A DNA stretch of 63,549 nt, counting the filler, from Vannella sp. (taxonomy: Eukaryota): NCBI GenBank assembly GCA_023345925.1. It is 7 parts of 7 records of this genome, joined end to end, with 100 filler letters (N's around TTAATTAATTAA, not from the genome) between each part and the next. Parts side by side here need not be neighbours in the genome. Positions count along the whole stretch, not along the records: positions 59,215 to 63,549 come from JAJQQN010000357.1; 6 more parts are not named here. One strand, given 5' to 3'. Numbering within the stretch: position 1 is the first letter of the stretch; each line of letters opens with the position of its first letter. A program made the position numbers and the translations under genes. The notes under the pieces are model-generated. The model was not told where the DNA came from. It saw only the letters and a list, made by a program, of their open reading frames with translations, and searched no databases. Below, one piece after another: positions 59,115 through 63,549 of the stretch.

Positions 59115-59214
59115 NNNNNNNNNNNNNNNNNNNNNNNNNNNNNNNNNNNNNNNNNNNNTTAATTAATTAANNNNNNNNNNNNNNNNNNNNNNNNNNNNNN
59201 NNNNNNNNNNNNNN
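59115..59214. other. Artificial contig linker
   Basis: N44-TTAATTAATTAA-N44. Confidence 0.98.
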
Positions 59215-59237
59215 CTATCCAGACGAGTGGATCGGTT

Positions 59238-60734
59238 TCAAATTGATGGGAAGATCTTGAACTCCGCCCACAGGACAAGTCCTGAAGCTGCGATAGCAGC
59301 AGGCATGATAAGAAGACTGGTTCTGGCAAAGGCCACGTAAGAGATTTCTTGCTGGTTTCGCTGAAGAATGTCAGACCAAAGGATGCCCGCCAGAGCCCCA
59401 ATAAGAGTCAAGTTAGCTCCAAAGTTACTGGCCAGAGCCACAGCAAACAGTGACAATTGAGACAACTCTGCGTTCCCTGGTAGGAAGCGACTCGATTGGA
59501 TAATGCGAGAGAAGAGAATGGCCATTGGTTGATTATTCATCACATTACAAGCCAAAGATGCCAGCGTTATCATCACAAATACCGCCAAGGCTGCGTTATT
59601 ACCAATGACACTGGTCAGCAAGTCAGCAGTAGAGTCAATCCAGCCCGCAGTATCCAAAGCTTCCACCAGGATGAACATACTCAGTACAAACGGAACTATT
59701 TTCCAAGGCATCTTTCTTAGATTCGTCCGAGCGCGCCCTTCACGTACCCTTGGAAGATCCTCTACATTCCCACTTGTTTCCTCCTCTCTGCTTAGGAGCT
59801 CTGTTTGTTCAGCGTGAACAGCACGGGCGGGAAAGAACGAGGAGACACTATCTCGTAGTACCTGAGCCATGGCAAAGGGCAAAGTGGCTAAAAACACAGG
59901 AAGGGTGGTGAAAGTCAACCCCAGAACACATATAATGCTGCTGGCCATCATTACACTGCCAAATAGAGCGGCCCACCTCTCGACGGAAGAGTGTCTGGCT
60001 CGTTCTGTCTCTGACGAGTCAAGTGAAGAGAGTATTGTCATGCTACGAAGCTTTGGACACATGATAACCGTCGTAGTCACGATCATGACCAGCCCAGCGG
60101 CCACGGCAGGGACTAAAGACCAATAAGAGTACTCGAGGAAGTTCAATCCGGCGGACTCAGCGACGATGACGTTGGTTGGATTGCCGATGTAGAGAGACGC
60201 ACTCCATATGTTTGCAGAGAAGAACTGAACGAAGAGGAACGGGCGAGGATCGATCCCCGCTCGCAAAGTCATCGCGCTGATAACTGGCGTCAGCGTCATG
60301 ATCACGACGTCGTTGCTTGTGAGAAGCGTCATGAGAGAGCTAAGAACGAAGACAGCTCCATAAAGGCGGAAAGGGGAGGCACCAGCTAGAGAGAGGCCAA
60401 AGTTGGCGATAGCATTGAACAAACCAGTCGCATCGAGCGATATTGAGAGGTAAGAGAGTGACAAGAAGAGTATCACGATACCATATGGCTGAAGCAATGC
60501 GGTACCGATCACCCCGCGCACGAGAGTTTCTGAATTCACGCAACCAAGAAGGAGGAGGAGCCCAATCACAACGCTTCCTCCCCAAACAAAGTCCAGGCGC
60601 ACTCTCACCGCCCTCCCCTTCCCAGCCTTCCCTCGTACAACAAGAAAGGGAAGCGGCAAAGTCACAGGGACCACAACCACAGCACAAGCCACCAAAAAGC
60701 CCGCCAGGGTGAGTCCAGAGCACTGCCCTTCCAT
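59238..60734 (-). CDS. ArsB/NhaD/CitMHS-family (IT superfamily) transporter, intronless
   Basis: Many TM helices; SNDVVI..TP, IGNPTN, PWKIVPFVLSMF, NNQP, GALAGILW. Confidence 0.85.
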   Translation of the reverse strand: MEGQCSGLTLAGFLVACAVVVVPVTLPLPFLVVRGKAGKGRAVRVRLDFVWGGSVVIGLLLLLGCVNSETLVRGVIGTALLQPYGIVILFLSLSYLSISLDATGLFNAIANFGLSLAGASPFRLYGAVFVLSSLMTLLTSNDVVIMTLTPVISAMTLRAGIDPRPFLFVQFFSANIWSASLYIGNPTNVIVAESAGLNFLEYSYWSLVPAVAAGLVMIVTTTVIMCPKLRSMTILSSLDSSETERARHSSVERWAALFGSVMMASSIICVLGLTFTTLPVFLATLPFAMAQVLRDSVSSFFPARAVHAEQTELLSREEETSGNVEDLPRVREGRARTNLRKMPWKIVPFVLSMFILVEALDTAGWIDSTADLLTSVIGNNAALAVFVMITLASLACNVMNNQPMAILFSRIIQSSRFLPGNAELSQLSLFAVALASNFGANLTLIGALAGILWSDILQRNQQEISYVAFARTSLLIMPAAIAASGLVLWAEFKIFPSI

Positions 60735-60839
60735 CAGGAGGAGACCAAATAGATCTCAAATCACTTTATAAGTCGCATCTTGAACTTGCAATGCATCCAG
60801 CTAGAAGATGGACGCGCATGGGCGACGGGGGAGGGAGAG

Positions 60840-63491
60840 CTAAGAACGGTCTTCTCTGGGGCGTTTACCAAGGGAGGAAGAGGAGAAAGAAGGCACAAAG
60901 GAGGAGCGCCTAAGTGCAATGAACCACTTGGCGATGTCATACCACCGAGAAATAAGGGCGGTGTCTGCTGGTGTCCGCTGAGGATAAGGAATGCTGAGAA
61001 TGTCACTTCCAATCACCGGGCGGATGAGCTCCGTTAGAGTCACTTTCACTGAGTCTGTCACATCTAATTGGGCGGAAGCTTCGGCAGAGCTGATGCTCTG
61101 CCATTCAGATTGCGTTGGGGCCGGAAATTCATTCGCCAATCGCCCCAATGGCACTTTGAATGTTCCAAGAGGGAGACATTCCAAGATGTGATTGGCAACT
61201 GTGTTTGGCAGAATCGATTTCTTTCCCTTTAGCTGATCTGCAGCGATCTTCCCTACGGTTTCCCCTGCAAGGAAGCGAGTCATACTCGATTCAGAGGAAG
61301 CATTCGGCTTTGATGAAGCGAGTGCCCATCGAGGTGCCTTCAAGAACTCAGGTAAGACCATGGAAACCCCACCTTCTTCTGGAGTGGCCAATTCAATGCC
61401 CTGTTCTCTGCACCATTCAGAGAGTGTGTTGTTGAGTTTGTCGGTTGAGACGCGAACACCAAGAGAACTTAAGGTCTCCAGTGAAAGGGGGCCACGCGAT
61501 GCAGAGTAAGCTATCTTACTCATAATGTGTTCAGCAAGCACGTTGGCAGGAGCGATACTCAGCTCTTCAGCAGCAGCTCTGCGCCATTCTGCGATCTTGG
61601 AGTGAAGTCCCTTCAATGCTTCAGCACGCTGAGGATTAACGGTCTCCAGGTTAGCCAGTACTTTGTGGAATTGTAAGTGAGTGTCCAGAATCTCTCCAGA
61701 ACCCCGTTTGAGCTCGTCCACTGGAATACTGGAAAGGTCAATACCTGCTGCAAGAAGTGTGTTTGTTGCGAACTCTACTCTCTCGATCTGTTGTACTTCT
61801 TGCTCTCTGATTGACACAGGAACTGCGATCCTTATCGGTTTGCCTTCTAGGATAGCTTGTTCTCCGGCTGAAGTTACGGAGTACACACTCCAAGAACTCT
61901 TGCGAGGACCACCAGACTGTTGTGACTGTTTTACCAAGTCTTTCGAGACGAGGGCCGGAAGTAGCTGCTTGAAAAGAGAGCTATCTATGGTAAAAGAGCA
62001 TGTTTTCTTTGCTTCTTGGATCTGCTGAGCAGCAGTTTGAGCATTCCAAGTCCCTTTGTATCGATATTCCTCGACATCTTTGCCTGCCACTAACTTCTCA
62101 ATGTAGCCAGCCGCACTGCCTGGAAGAGCTGAGACTGCAAGGAGTACCACAAAAGCCTCCCAAATGTCCCTCTCAAGGTCTCCAGCGAAGGTGACAATGT
62201 TAACGCAGTTGTCACAAGTACCGCACCGTTCTCCAAACGACGGTACCTCTTCGAAGTACTTGAGAATAGATACGCGACGACATTCGACCGAATCAAACGC
62301 CATTTTCTTCAGAACAGCAAGACTAGCCAAAGTGGCCTCTTTCGCCTGCTCACTGAGTTGGCCGACATAAAAGTCGCCTTGAAAGAGCGTTAAATCTTGG
62401 TCATTCACCAACATAGTGCATTTGGCAGGAAGACCATCACGGCCAGCACGCCCAATCTGTTGATAATACTCTTCCATAGTCTTGGCACCGCCATAATGAA
62501 TCAATCTGCGGATGTCAGGCTTATCAATTCCCATTCCAAAGGCTATAGTAGCCACTACCACGTGAATTTTGCCCACCAAAAAGCCCACGTGAGTGGATTG
62601 CCGAGCAGAAAGTGACATTCCTGCATGATAAGAGCCAATTCTTGCTGCTGAGCCTCTGGTTAGAGACTGGAGATGAGAATAGACCTTTTTGACTCCGTCT
62701 TGAGTGGAGCAATAAACGATTGTTGAGTTGCTGTTAGGAGAGGTCTTGAGATCCTCGACTAACTCTTTAAAAGCCCCTTCCATGCTCGGTCGGCGAGAAA
62801 TGGAAATCTCAAGGTTAGGTCGGTCTGAACTTGACCTAGCTACGAATGGAGACGAGAGTTTGAGCTGCTCAATGATATCTTGCTGCACACGAGGCACAGC
62901 GGTGGCCGTCAGTGCCAAAATAGGGACATTTTGTAGTCCAGGATGAGTTCGAATGGCGTCTAATCTTCGAAAGGCTGGCCGAAAGTCGTGTCCCCACTCA
63001 GAAACGCAATGAGCCTCATCAATAGCAAACAAAGAGACCTTGTTTTGACCATGCAAAGCGGCTACGGACGCCAGGAAGTCAGAAGAACCCAACTTCTCCG
63101 GTGTCAAGTAAACGAGGAGGAACTCCCCTTGCAAGGCGCGCTGCTCCACAGTGGGGTCGGTCTGAGAAGATCCAAGGTAAGTGGCGATGGGCTGCGTCGC
63201 GAGGCTGTTGAGTTTGTTGCATTGATCTTGCATCAGTGAGATGAGTGGCGAGATAACGAAAGCCACGCGCTTGGTATGAAGTGCAGGAATCTGGTAGCAA
63301 AGGGACTTCCCCATCCCGGTAGCCCAGAACACGGCGGCGTCGCTCCCTCCCAGGATCGCTTGGATGACATCCAACTGTCCTTCTCGAAAGGTTGAGTAAC
63401 CAAAGTACTCCTTAAGAGTGGTCTGCAACCCCTCGCCAAACAACAGCTCTTCCCAGGCGTCTTCTTCAATCAAGTCATCAACTCCATCCAT
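60840..63491 (-). CDS. RecQ-family DNA helicase (WRN-like helicase, RQC and HRDC; no exonuclease), intronless
   Basis: TGMGKSLCYQ, DEAHCVSEWGHDFRP, ALTATA, FGMGIDKPDIR, YYQQIGRAGRDG, CRR...CGTCDNC. Confidence 0.93.
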   Translation of the reverse strand: MDGVDDLIEEDAWEELLFGEGLQTTLKEYFGYSTFREGQLDVIQAILGGSDAAVFWATGMGKSLCYQIPALHTKRVAFVISPLISLMQDQCNKLNSLATQPIATYLGSSQTDPTVEQRALQGEFLLVYLTPEKLGSSDFLASVAALHGQNKVSLFAIDEAHCVSEWGHDFRPAFRRLDAIRTHPGLQNVPILALTATAVPRVQQDIIEQLKLSSPFVARSSSDRPNLEISISRRPSMEGAFKELVEDLKTSPNSNSTIVYCSTQDGVKKVYSHLQSLTRGSAARIGSYHAGMSLSARQSTHVGFLVGKIHVVVATIAFGMGIDKPDIRRLIHYGGAKTMEEYYQQIGRAGRDGLPAKCTMLVNDQDLTLFQGDFYVGQLSEQAKEATLASLAVLKKMAFDSVECRRVSILKYFEEVPSFGERCGTCDNCVNIVTFAGDLERDIWEAFVVLLAVSALPGSAAGYIEKLVAGKDVEEYRYKGTWNAQTAAQQIQEAKKTCSFTIDSSLFKQLLPALVSKDLVKQSQQSGGPRKSSWSVYSVTSAGEQAILEGKPIRIAVPVSIREQEVQQIERVEFATNTLLAAGIDLSSIPVDELKRGSGEILDTHLQFHKVLANLETVNPQRAEALKGLHSKIAEWRRAAAEELSIAPANVLAEHIMSKIAYSASRGPLSLETLSSLGVRVSTDKLNNTLSEWCREQGIELATPEEGGVSMVLPEFLKAPRWALASSKPNASSESSMTRFLAGETVGKIAADQLKGKKSILPNTVANHILECLPLGTFKVPLGRLANEFPAPTQSEWQSISSAEASAQLDVTDSVKVTLTELIRPVIGSDILSIPYPQRTPADTALISRWYDIAKWFIALRRSSFVPSFSSSSLGKRPREDRS

Positions 63492-63503
63492 CGATAAGAT
63501 GGA

Positions 63504-63549
63504 CCTTCATTTCCCCTTCATTTCCCTTCATTTCCCCTTCATTTCCCCT
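63504..63549. repeat. 10/11-bp tandem repeat CATTTCC(C)CTT, ~4 copies, running off the window end
   Basis: Directly visible. Confidence 0.85.

Noticed and set aside
63504..63549. End repeat as a second telomere type
   Set aside because: The C-rich strand runs toward the end (wrong polarity) and the unit differs from TTTAGGG

Overview
Gene-dense eukaryotic (protist; amoebozoan-like by inference) nuclear DNA. It consists of seven assembly pieces joined by artificial 100-nt linkers (44 N + TTAATTAATTAA + 44 N), so adjacency across linkers is not biological. About 36 protein genes use the standard code, have ~45-58 nt GT-AG introns and are often separated by only 20-100 bp. They include Rho GTPases, PCGF, Ku80, ATP11, a RluA-type pseudouridine synthase, PP4c, NO66, SmG, DOCK, a SAC3/LENG8-like protein, ELP2, DCTN5, TMEM214, CYP51, DNAJC3, myotrophin, an ArsB-family transporter and RecQ. 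There is one ordinary tRNA-Gly(GCC) and a TTTAGGG telomeric tract. The top observation is a minus-strand circularly permuted tRNA-like element at ~14530-14621. It runs T-arm, acceptor stem capped by cUACGg, D-arm, CAG anticodon arm, and is embedded in a larger tetraloop-rich structured RNA between Ku80 and an F-box gene. All calls come from manual reading and motif recognition; no searches were run, and spliced CDS coordinates are start-to-stop spans.
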